From: an uncultured Planctomycetaceae bacterium | Lineage (GTDB): Bacteria > Planctomycetota > Planctomycetia > Planctomycetales > Planctomycetaceae | Direction: 5' to 3' | Length of the DNA: 64,000 nucleotides | Assembly: GCA_963813715.1 (NCBI GenBank) | Contig: CAWFAK010000017.1 | Coordinates: forward strand, 110,230 to 174,229 | Shown: piece by piece, positions 30,731-39,791 of the stretch | How positions within the stretch are numbered: position 1 is the stretch's first letter | How the letters are laid out: the number at the start of each line of letters is the position of its first letter | Position numbers and translations under genes: made by a program | Notes under the pieces: generated by a model | The model's database searches: none | What the model saw: only the letters and a program-made list of their open reading frames with translations | Told to the model about the DNA's origin: nothing

Positions 30731-33136
30731 TTACGGTGCTTTCAATGTCAGCACGCCCAAATCGACGGGTCTTTGCCATAGTTTTTTGTCGATCGCGGGC
30801 ACGTTGAAGTGGTGCTCCAGCTGGGGCGCTGCGATCCAGGCGACCCGAACCGTCAGGACATACTTGCCGGCCGGAACGCCGTCGATGCAGAAGTTGCCGT
30901 CAGGGGCCAACGTGGCACCGAAACTGGGACTCGATTCCCTGAGTTGCGGGTTGTGGGCCTGGACAAGGATGACAGCGTGGCTCCACGGACCTTTCTCCTT
31001 CGAATCGGGAGCTCGCCGCAACTGGCCGATCACCGGCCGGCCGGAGGCCCCCAGGTCGAAGTGCACCGTCTCTCCGGGCTGAAACTGAAGGGGCTGCTCG
31101 CCGTACGATGCCATCCCCAACTCCAGGACCTCCTCCATGAGCAACAACGGCCGCCCGATGGTTCCCGCTCCCGGCATGAGCCGATCGAACTCGTACCGTC
31201 CTCGGGAGTCGGTTGTCTGGGAGAACGACGAGAAGATGGACGGCGCGTTCTTGCCGCCCAAGTCATTGCTGTGGCGCATGACCGAAAGCGAAATATACGG
31301 CTGCGGCTTTCCTGCGACGTAGTAGGTCCCCTCGAGCCTCGACCAGGCAGTCAGGCGAATGGGCTTGGGGTCCGAGTCAGGCGAACATTCGACCTTCGCG
31401 TAGCCGCCTCGATGCGTGATCACAAGCCAATACTTCGCTTTCTCGCGCGGGAAACGAAAGCGACCCGCGTCGTCGGTCAGGCGTTGCTGCGCACCGAATG
31501 GGTGATCGGGAAGTTCGCCATTGGTGATGGTGATATGGGATCCGACATGTCCCATCGCCACTTTTGCGTGGGCGGCAGGACGGCCGTCGGCGGTCAGAAA
31601 CAATCCCGGCGATGTCTTCGGCGGGTGTCAGCGCGAAATCGACTGTCACGTTGCCCTCGTCCTTCTTGATCCGGCCCGACTCAGCCGGCAGATAGCCGTC
31701 GGCTTCGATCCGGATTTGATTGACAGCCGTCTGGTTCTTGGCACGAAACCAGTAGCTGCCGCCACTCGCGAGGAAGTTCTCGTTCCAGACCCACGAGGAC
31801 GCTCCCGGGACGACTCGAAATTTCTTGATCGGCTGCTTGGTCCGGGCGTCGATCACTCTGCCCGAGAAGGTGACGGCGGGTGGCGCCGAAAAAGGATCTC
31901 CCTTGGGCCGGCGACAAGCGGCTGACTGTTGAGCCCTCTGCCATCGGGAAGATTGATCCACGCGCTGAATTGGTCCGCAGGCGCCTGGCTCCATGCCCAC
32001 GCTCCCTGGCTGTCGGTGTATTCGCTGGGCCGTTCCAACTCGTAATCGGCGAATGGCCAGAGAAGGAGCCGCGCCTTTGGAATCGGCTTCCCGTGCTCGT
32101 CAAGCAGCCGGAGGCGGACCGTCCCTCCGCGTTTCATCTGAAAGTCGACGGGCTTCATCCCGGATTGAATCCAAACCGGACGCCAGGCCGGCGCGAGTCC
32201 CTTGGCCGCAGCCAGCACCGTCGTCCCCAACGGCTTACAGCCAACCAGGCGGTAAGCGCCCTCCGCATCCGTGACGGTTTTGCGCTTGCAAAGCTGCAAG
32301 TTGGCTTGGACCAGTGCGCCGGCGACGGGCTCGCCCTCCGCATCGGTGACCTTGCCCACGACTGTCAGGCCAGGGTCCAGGACAATCTTGGCGGAAGGCG
32401 TTTGTCCCCGCCTGACGTCAAAATCCGCGCGATTGAACGTAACGGACTTCGGCATGAAATTCGGATGGTCGACCTCGACTGTGACGGGATCCCGCCAAAT
32501 CGGCACGCAATCAAAGTGCCATTTTCCTGCGGCGTCGCTCTGCGGCCGCTTGTCGAGGCAGCGTTCCGTGGCCTCCTGATCGAATGGCAAATCGACTGGG
32601 GGCAGAATCCTCGCGCCGGCGATCGGTTTCCCCTGATCATCGACGATCGTTCCGCCGACGGACCAGCCGGGTTCGAGTTTGGCGATGTATTCCGCGGGGA
32701 TCGGCTCGGAGCGAACTTGGGGGCGCCACGACGCACAATATCGGGCGTAACCCGGAGCTTCGATAAAAAGATCGAGACGGTTCCACTGGGCCGGCCGCAC
32801 AAGAACGATTCGGCCTTCGCCATCAGACTCGAGCGTCTCCCCGTAGCTTGATTCGCTCACGAATTTGCCGCGCCGGACCTCAGCCGCGTGAATGGCCGGC
32901 TCGCTCAGGAAGTCGACTTGAACGCGCGGAATCGCTTTCCCGTCGGAAGCGACGATGCGGAGGTCGAACGTCGAGGCGACCTGCGTGGGCGCGACCGCGG
33001 CTCGGGAGGTCGGCGGCTCAGCGGCCACCTCGCCCGTCGCGGCTTGCAAGACGGCCCCGGCCACGACAGCGCAGCGCATCGCCGGCGATAACAAGAAACA
33101 TGCTGCCGTGTTTGTGCACCAAGGCGCGAAGTGCAT
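30731..33136 (-). CDS. array paralog 1 (long form, subfamily A), frameshifts at about 31599 and 31900 as assembled
   Basis: ORFs 31853-33145, part of 31377-32000 and 30731-31603 join as ...SQPLVAGP / KGDPFSAPPAVTFSGRVIDA... and ...AEDIAGIV / LTADGRPAAHAKV. C-terminus KKLWQRPVDLGVLTLK. Start uncertain (33145 TTG, 33136 ATG or 33079 ATG). Confidence 0.65.
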
Positions 33137-33290
33137 GGCAAACAACCCGCTGAGATATCTAATGCTGAGGTATCTAATTCTGCCGACCGGCCGAGTTGAT
33201 TTTCAATTTCTTTCTCGCAAATGCGTTTTCGAGCTGAAGATAGTCTGTGTGCCGCTGACAGGATTGGACGGCCTGAAGGCCGAGATTCGT

Positions 33291-33525
33291 TTAACGCTCC
33301 GCCGTCGTGATCCACGTGCGCGGCAACGCGCCGCCAATGCCCGTCGCGGCGATCTTTTTGCTCTTCTGAGCGTCGTCGGCGGTTTGTCGCGGGGCCGCGG
33401 GGGCGACTGCCGCCGCCTTCTTCGTGGAGATGCGCGGCCCGTCGTCGGCCTGCAGGCTCGACAAGCAGCTCGCAACGGCGACAAGGACGAGGACGCGCGT
33501 GCGTCCGGCGATCCGCGTCCATCAT
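33291..33525 (-). pseudogene. N-terminal fragment of an array paralog (signal anchor only)
   Basis: After ATGATG (33520-33525) a shifted frame reads ...RIAGRTRVLVLVAVASCLSSLQADDGPRISTKKAAAVAPAAP... then TAA at 33291. This matches the anchor plus ADDG motif of the long paralogs, but only about 75 codons are present. Confidence 0.5.
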
Positions 33526-33555
33526 GCGAACTCCGAGACTTGGGTCGAGCGGCCA

Positions 33556-33661
33556 CCGTCACGATACCCAAATCGAGCGGGCGCTGCGACAAGTTTTCGT
33601 CGATCGCCGGCCGGCTGAATTGGCAGCGTCCGGGAACCCGATGCGATCGAAGAGCCCTCGC
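33556..33661 (-). pseudogene. C-terminal fragment of an array paralog
   Basis: Reads ...CQFSRPAIDENLSQRPLDLGIVTV, i.e. the family C-terminal motif, preceded by an in-frame TGA (33662-33664) with no upstream body. Confidence 0.5.
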
Positions 33662-33701
33662 TCACGCTTCGGGTTGGTGGGTTGACGCCCGGCCGCGCGA
33701 G

Positions 33702-33917
33702 CTAGCGCTGGCCGTATGGCGGCTGCTGGCCTGGGTGCGCGTCCGGGTCGATGCCCATGCCGATTTTGGCCATCCGCTCGCGGTGATTGATGATCGATTT
33801 CACGATCACGGTGAGCGAGCCGAACACGATCGCCGAAATCGGAATCAAGAGCGCAAACACGCCCGCATCGATGACGATGGGCGAATCGGCAATCAGCGAG
33901 AGGCAGGTAGAGGACAT
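33702..33917 (-). CDS. small single-pass membrane protein, tandem paralog 1 of 3 (71 aa)
   Basis: TM helix (GVFALLIPISAIVFGSLTVIV) followed by KSIINHRERMAKIGMGIDPD and a Pro-rich tail. Confidence 0.6.
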   Translation of the reverse strand: MSSTCLSLIADSPIVIDAGVFALLIPISAIVFGSLTVIVKSIINHRERMAKIGMGIDPDAHPGQQPPYGQR

Positions 33918-33959
33918 CGCGGTCTCGCGAACGGGGTCGCCGTTATCCAGAGGCGAAGA

Positions 33960-34193
33960 TCAATACCCGGCGGGCGCTTGCGGATGATTGGGATCGTACT
34001 TGTGGGGGTCGTAGTCCGGATCGATGCCCATGCCGATCTTGGCCATCCGCTCCCGGTGCTTGATGACCGATTTCACAATCATGACGACCGATCCGCAAAC
34101 GATCGCCACGACGGGGATGCACAGGGCGATCAGGCCCGCATCCGGCGGAGGCCCATTGGAAGTTGCCAGGGCGGACATCAGGTGGAATGCCAT
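33960..34193 (-). CDS. small single-pass membrane protein, tandem paralog 2 of 3 (77 aa)
   Basis: TM helix (LIALCIPVVAIVCGSVVMIV) followed by KSVIKHRERMAKIGMGIDPDYDP. GAGGAG lies 5 nt before the ATG. Confidence 0.7.
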   Translation of the reverse strand: MAFHLMSALATSNGPPPDAGLIALCIPVVAIVCGSVVMIVKSVIKHRERMAKIGMGIDPDYDPHKYDPNHPQAPAGY

Positions 34194-34202
34194 GTTTGCT
34201 CC

Positions 34203-34454
34203 TCAGCCACCCACTTGCGAAGTCGGGTCGTGTGGGCGTCGGTACGGCCCGGCACTCGCGTGTGGGTTATTCGGGTCGACGTCGGCTGGGTCGTAGTCGG
34301 GGTCGATGCCCATGCCGATCTTGGCCATCCGCTCGCGATGCTTGATGACCGACTTCACGATCACGATCACCATCACGATTGCCGCGAGCGGGATCAGCAC
34401 CCAGATCCCCTCATCCGATGCCAGGACCGGGACCGCCAACGAATCGAAAGACAT
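34203..34454 (-). CDS. small single-pass membrane protein, tandem paralog 3 of 3 (83 aa)
   Basis: TM helix (IWVLIPLAAIVMVIVIV) followed by KSVIKHRERMAKIGMGIDPDYDP. GAGGAA lies 7 nt before the ATG at 34452-34454. The longer ORF up to 34715 has no support. Confidence 0.7.
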   Translation of the reverse strand: MSFDSLAVPVLASDEGIWVLIPLAAIVMVIVIVKSVIKHRERMAKIGMGIDPDYDPADVDPNNPHASAGPYRRPHDPTSQVGG

Positions 34455-35059
34455 AACTGCGTTCCTCAACCCGTTACCACGACCCATTCCACGCGGCCGC
34501 ACGGGACATTCGACCGAGCCTTCCCTTTGGACGTCTTCCGGCGATTCTAAACGGCTGTTCGCTCGAACGCACGAAATCTTGGGGCAATTCGGGGAAAAGC
34601 GGCCTGGAATCGCCCCCGATTCAGTTTCACTGGATTGCGTCGTCGCGGCCATTGTGAAGCTTTCTTGAATTCTCGGGCATCGATGACTGCCGTCCTGACT
34701 TCTAACCGCCGACACGCGATGATTTGGTCCAGATGTCCAGCGCCGCGCTTAGGATTTGGTTCCAGATGGCCAGATCTTCGGCTGGTTCCGGAACCGACAG
34801 CAAGCTGTCGGCTGGGAAAGGTGGACGCCGCCCCAGAGTCCACGATCGCTCGGTGCCGCTCGGCTCGCGCGCCAGGAGCCGGAAGCCGATGTGTCCTTCC
34901 GGAAATCGACGTTTTCGCTGACGGAGCGTGCTTTGGAAAAATCGCGGGGCCGGCTCACTGGCTCTTTGGGGCCGGTCGCGGGAAACTACTGGCCAGCGGC
35001 CCGAGTTTGCATCACCCCCGGACCAGCCCGTCCGGCAGTCACCTCGCGAGGATTCAGTC

Positions 35060-37162
35060 ATGACCGTCACGGTTGGTCTTACGGTGGCCGGCGAAACGGC
35101 TCCGATCGAAAAGCTGGCCGTCAACACGATCCGCACGCTCTGCATGGACGCCGTCCAGGCGGCCAACTCCGGGCATCCCGGCTCGCCGATGGACATGGCC
35201 CCCACGGCCTACGTCCTCTGGCAGCGGTTTCTGCGGTTTGACCCGGACGATCCGATCTGGCCCAATCGCGACCGCTTCGTGCTATCCTCCGGGCACGCGT
35301 CGATGCTCCTTTATTCTCTGCTGCATTTGACCGGCGTGAAGGCGGTCAATTGCAAGTACGAACGGGAGGGCGGGCTGTCGGTGCCGTTGGAGGAAATCAA
35401 GCGCTTCCGGCAGCTCGGCAGCAAGTGCCCCGGTCACCCGGAATATCGCTGGACGAGCGGCGTCGAGACTTCGACCGGTCCGCTCGGCCAGGGGCTGGCC
35501 AATAGCGTGGGCATGGCCGTCGCGTCGCGGTGGCTGGCGTCGCGCTACAACACGCCCGGCTTCACGATGTTCGATTTCAACGTCTACGCTCTCTGCGGCG
35601 ACGGCTGCATGATGGAAGGGATCAGCAGCGAGGCCGCGTCGCTGGCCGCCCACTGGAAGCTGTCGAACCTCTGTTGGATCTACGACAGCAACCGCATCAC
35701 GATCGAGGGGCACACCGCGCTCGCCTTCAGCGAGGACGTTGCCACGCGGTTTTTGGGTTACGGCTGGAACGTGACCCGCGTCGGCGACGCGAACGACCTC
35801 GCCATGGTTGAGCGCGCGTTCAAGGACTTTCAGGACACGCAGGATCGTCCGACGTTGATCATCGTCGACAGCCACATCGCCTGGGGTGCGCCGAACAAGC
35901 AGGACACGAGCGCCGCTCACGGCGAGCCGCTGGGCGAGGAAGAAATCCGCCTCACCAAGCGGAACTACGGCTGGCCCGAAGACGCCAAGTTCCTGGTGCC
36001 GGACGGCGTCTACCAGCATTTTCAGAGACGGGATCGGAAAGCGCGGCAAAGGACTCCGCGACGCCTGGTTCAAGCAGTTGGAGGAATATACGAAGAAGTC
36101 GCCCCAGCTGGCCGATGAGCTCACAAAAATCCAGCACCGCGGATTGCCCGCGGGCTGGGACAAAGAGCTGCCGACATTCCCGCCCGACCCCAAGGGGATG
36201 GGCACGCGCGAATCGTCGGGCAAGGTGCTCAACGCAGTCGCCAAAAATGTGCCCTGGCTGATCGGCGGCGCGGCGGACCTGGCCCCCTCGACCAAGACCC
36301 GCCTGACGTTCGAAGGAGCCGGAGACTTCGAGGCCGTCAGTTACGGCGGACGCAACTTCCACTTCGGCATTCGCGAGCACGCGATGGCCGCCATCATCAA
36401 CGGCCTTTCGGTCTCCAAGGTGCGGCCGTTCGGCTCGACGTTTTTCGTCTTCAGCGATTACCTGCGTCCCGCGCTGCGGCTGTCGGCCCTGATGGAGATT
36501 CCGACGATTTACGTCTTCACGCACGACTCGATCGGCGTCGGCGAGGACGGGCCGACTCACCAGCCGGTCGAACATCTGGCCTCGCTGCGCGCGATCCCGG
36601 ATTGATCACGCTCCGTCCGGCCGACGCCAACGAAGTGGTCGAAGCGTGGAAATTCATCATGCACCGGCAGCACGAGCCGGTCGCTCTCGTTCTCTCGCGT
36701 CAGGCGCTGCCCACAGTCGACCGGAAGAAGTATGCGTCGGCCGAGGGACTCCAGCGCGGCGCGTACGTCCTGGCGGATGCGCCCGACGGAAAGCCGCAGG
36801 TGCTGCTGCTGGCGACCGGCAGCGAGGTGTCGCTTGCGGTTGATTGTTACGAGAAACTCGCCGCGGAAGGCATCGGCGCACGGGTCGTGAGCATGCCGTC
36901 GTGGGAGGTCTTTGAATACCACTGCCGGCACAACCCGAGTTATCGGGAGACCGTGCTGCCGTCCGCCGTCAGCGCCCGCGTGTCGATCGAGTTTGCCAGC
37001 ACGCTGGGATGGTGTCAGTACGTGGGCACCGGCGGCGAAAGCGTGGGCATGCACACCTTCGGCGCGTCGGCCCCCCTCAAAGAACTGCAAACAAAGTATG
37101 GCTTCACGCCCGACGCGATGGTTGCCATCGCCAAACAGCAAATCAAGAAGTGGTCGAAGTGA
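35060..37162 (+). CDS. tkt: transketolase, two frameshifts (T-run at about 36016, and about 36598) as assembled
   Basis: Three ORF pieces read through: GHPGSPMDMAP, GPLGQGLANSVGMA, GDGCMMEGIS / DGIGKRG...FHFGIREHAMAAI...THDSIGVGEDGPTHQP...LRAIP / LITLRPADANE...GASAP. Confidence 0.9.
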
Positions 37163-37404
37163 CCTGCGCCTTCTCCGCGCGAGATGATCGGCACCAATCG
37201 ATGCTGGAATCCTGGAAACCATCCACCTTTCCCAAGCCGACGGCTCGCCGTCGGCTCCGGATTCCGACCGCAGACCGTCGGCTGGGGAAATGTCGGACCT
37301 GCTTGAACGATTCACAGCGCAACGTTCAACCGACGTCGCTCGTCCTAGAAAATGCGTGAGATTGCCTCGGTCGCCCTGAGCAGCCAGCAGCAGGAGCAAC
37401 GAAC

Positions 37405-39765
37405 ATGACGGAGCCCCTCTCTCCCGAAAAACTGCGGAAGATCGACGCGTACTGGCGGGCCGCCAACTATCTTTCCGTCGGGCAGATTTACCTGCTCGAC
37501 AACCCGCTGATGAAGGAGCCGTTGCAGCTCAAGCACGTGAAGGCGCGCTTGTTGGGCCACTGGGGCACGACGCCGGGCCAGAACTTCGTCTACGTGCATG
37601 TGAATCGGATCATTCAGGAATACGACCTCGACATGATCTATATCTCGGGTCCCGGACACGGCGGGCCCGCGGTCGTCGCCAACACTTATCTCGAGGGAAC
37701 GTACAGCGAACTTTATCCGGCCATCACGCAGGACGAAGGCGGCTTGCGACGGCTGTTCAAGCAGTTCTCCTTCCCCGGCGGCATTCCGAGCCATGCGGCG
37801 CCCGAAACGCCGGGCTCGATCCATGAAGGGGGCGAGCTCGGTTACAGCCTGAGTCACGCGTTCGGCGCCGCGTTCGACAATCCCGACCTGATCGTCGCCT
37901 GCGTCGTCGGCGACGGCGAGGCCGAGACCGGGCCGCTCGCCACCGGCTGGCACGGCAACAAGTTTCTCAATCCGATCCACGACGGTGCCGTGCTGCCGAT
38001 TTTGCATCTCAACGGATACAAAATCGCCAACCCGACGATCCTCGCGCGGATCGGACGCGAAGAACTCGAGCAACTGCTCCGCGGCTACGGCTACGAGCCC
38101 CACTTCGTCGAGGGGCATGATCCGGCCAAGATGCATCCGCTGATGGCCGAAACGCTCGACGCGTGCGTCGCCGATATCAAGCGAATCCAATCCGACGCGC
38201 GCAAATCCGGCAAGTTCACGCGGCCCCGCTGGCCGATGATCGTGCTGAACAGCCCCAAGGGATGGACGGGTCCGAAAGTCGTCGACGGACAAAAGGTCGA
38301 AGGAACCTATCGCGCGCACCAGGTGCCCCTCTCCGAACCCTCGAAGAATCCCGAACACCTGAAGATCCTCGAAAGCTGGATGCGCGGCTACAAGCCCGAA
38401 GAACTCTTCGACAAGAAGGGCACGCTGATTCCCGAGTTGGCCGCGCTCGCGCCGAAGGGCAATCGGCGGATGGGGGCCAATCCGCATGCCAACGGCGGCA
38501 TTCTGCTCCGCGATCTGCGTCTGCCCGACTTCCGCGCGTACGCCGTGGAAATCCCCAAGCCCGGATCGGTCAACGGTGAAGACACGCGGGTGCTGGGAAA
38601 ATTCCTCGGCGACGTCATCAAACAGAACGCCGACCAGAGGAACTTCCGCGTCTTCGGTCCGGACGAAACGGCCTCCAATCGCCTGTTCGGTGTCTTGGAC
38701 GCGACCAACAAGCAGTGGGAGGCCGAGGTCATCGAGAGCGACGATCACCTCGCCCCCGAAGGCCGCCTGATCGAGGTGCTGAGCGAGCACCAGTGCGAGG
38801 GCTGGCTCGAAGGCTACCTGCTCACCGGCCGTCACGGCTTGTTCAACTGCTACGAGGCGTTCATTCACATCATCGACTCGATGTTCAATCAGCACGCCAA
38901 GTGGCTCAAGGTGACGAAGGGAATCGAGTGGCGGCGGCAGATCGCCTCGCTCAATATCCTGCTTTCCTCGCACGTCTGGCGGCAGGACCACAACGGCTTC
39001 ACGCACCAGGACCCCGGCTTCATCGATCTCGTTCTCAATAAAAAGGCCGAGATCGTGCGGGTCTACCTGCCGCCCGACGCCAACTGCCTGCTTTCGGTGG
39101 CCGACCACTGCCTCCGCAGCCGGCATTACGTGAATGTTGTCGTGGCCGGCAAACATCCGGCTCCGCAATGGCTGAACATGGACCAGGCGGTCAAGCATTG
39201 CACCGCGGGCATCGGCCTGTGGGAATGGGCCAGTAACGACGCCGATTGCGAGCCGGACGTGATCATGGCGGCCGCCGGCGACGTGCCCACGCTCGAAATC
39301 CTGGCGGCGATTCAGCTGCTGCGGGAACATTTGCCCGAGCTGAAAATCCGCATGATTAATGTCGTCGACCTGATGCGACTGCAACCCGCCAGCGAGCATC
39401 CGCACGGCCTGGACGACAACGACTTCGACACACTCTTCACGAAGAACAAGCCGGTGATCTTCGCTTACCACGGCTATCCGTGGCTGATTCACCGCCTCAC
39501 GTATCGGCGGCACAACCACGATAACCTGCACGTCCGCGGCTACAAGGAAGAGGGAACGATCACCACGCCGTTCGACATGACGGTGCTCAACCAGATGGAC
39601 CGCTTCAACCTGGTGATGGACGCCGTCGATCGTCTCCCGCAACTCGGCGGCAAGGCGGCCTACATCAAGCAGGCCTGCCGCGACAAATTGATCGAGCACA
39701 AAGAGTACATCCGGCAGTTCGGCGAAGACATGCCTGAAATTCGCAACTGGAAGTGGCACGTCTGA
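37405..39765 (+). CDS. xfp: xylulose-5-phosphate/fructose-6-phosphate phosphoketolase
   Basis: 786 aa. [29 protein letters not shown] and [15 protein letters not shown] are typical XFP family motifs. Confidence 0.95.
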   Translation: MTEPLSPEKLRKIDAYWRAANYLSVGQIYLLDNPLMKEPLQLKHVKARLLGHWGTTPGQNFVYVHVNRIIQEYDLDMIYISGPGHGGPAVVANTYLEGTYSELYPAITQDEGGLRRLFKQFSFPGGIPSHAAPETPGSIHEGGELGYSLSHAFGAAFDNPDLIVACVVGDGEAETGPLATGWHGNKFLNPIHDGAVLPILHLNGYKIANPTILARIGREELEQLLRGYGYEPHFVEGHDPAKMHPLMAETLDACVADIKRIQSDARKSGKFTRPRWPMIVLNSPKGWTGPKVVDGQKVEGTYRAHQVPLSEPSKNPEHLKILESWMRGYKPEELFDKKGTLIPELAALAPKGNRRMGANPHANGGILLRDLRLPDFRAYAVEIPKPGSVNGEDTRVLGKFLGDVIKQNADQRNFRVFGPDETASNRLFGVLDATNKQWEAEVIESDDHLAPEGRLIEVLSEHQCEGWLEGYLLTGRHGLFNCYEAFIHIIDSMFNQHAKWLKVTKGIEWRRQIASLNILLSSHVWRQDHNGFTHQDPGFIDLVLNKKAEIVRVYLPPDANCLLSVADHCLRSRHYVNVVVAGKHPAPQWLNMDQAVKHCTAGIGLWEWASNDADCEPDVIMAAAGDVPTLEILAAIQLLREHLPELKIRMINVVDLMRLQPASEHPHGLDDNDFDTLFTKNKPVIFAYHGYPWLIHRLTYRRHNHDNLHVRGYKEEGTITTPFDMTVLNQMDRFNLVMDAVDRLPQLGGKAAYIKQACRDKLIEHKEYIRQFGEDMPEIRNWKWHV

Positions 39766-39791
39766 CGCCGCGCCCCGTCGAGGAGTTCTTG

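Noticed and set aside
16033-33661. Diversity-generating retroelement, phase-variable cassette system or mobile element driving the paralog array.
   Set aside because: No reverse transcriptase, recombinase, transposase or template-repeat/variable-repeat pair is visible. The paralogs are diverged throughout rather than in one hypervariable patch.
33702-34454. Calling the three small membrane proteins PspB-like stress proteins.
   Set aside because: Only the gross architecture matches (one TM helix followed by a charged helix). I cannot see real sequence similarity, so the call is left as hypothetical.
34636-34651. Weak -24/-12-like sequence (minus strand TGGCCGCGACGACGCA) upstream of the small-protein genes.
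   Set aside because: Only the GG and GC are present. The flanking consensus bases (CAC, TT) are missing. This is too weak to distinguish from background in GC-rich DNA.
34995-35012. GGCCCGAGTTTGCA upstream of tkt, resembling a sigma-54 promoter.
   Set aside because: The GG-to-GC spacing is one nucleotide short of the consensus. A sigma-54-dependent transketolase is also implausible.
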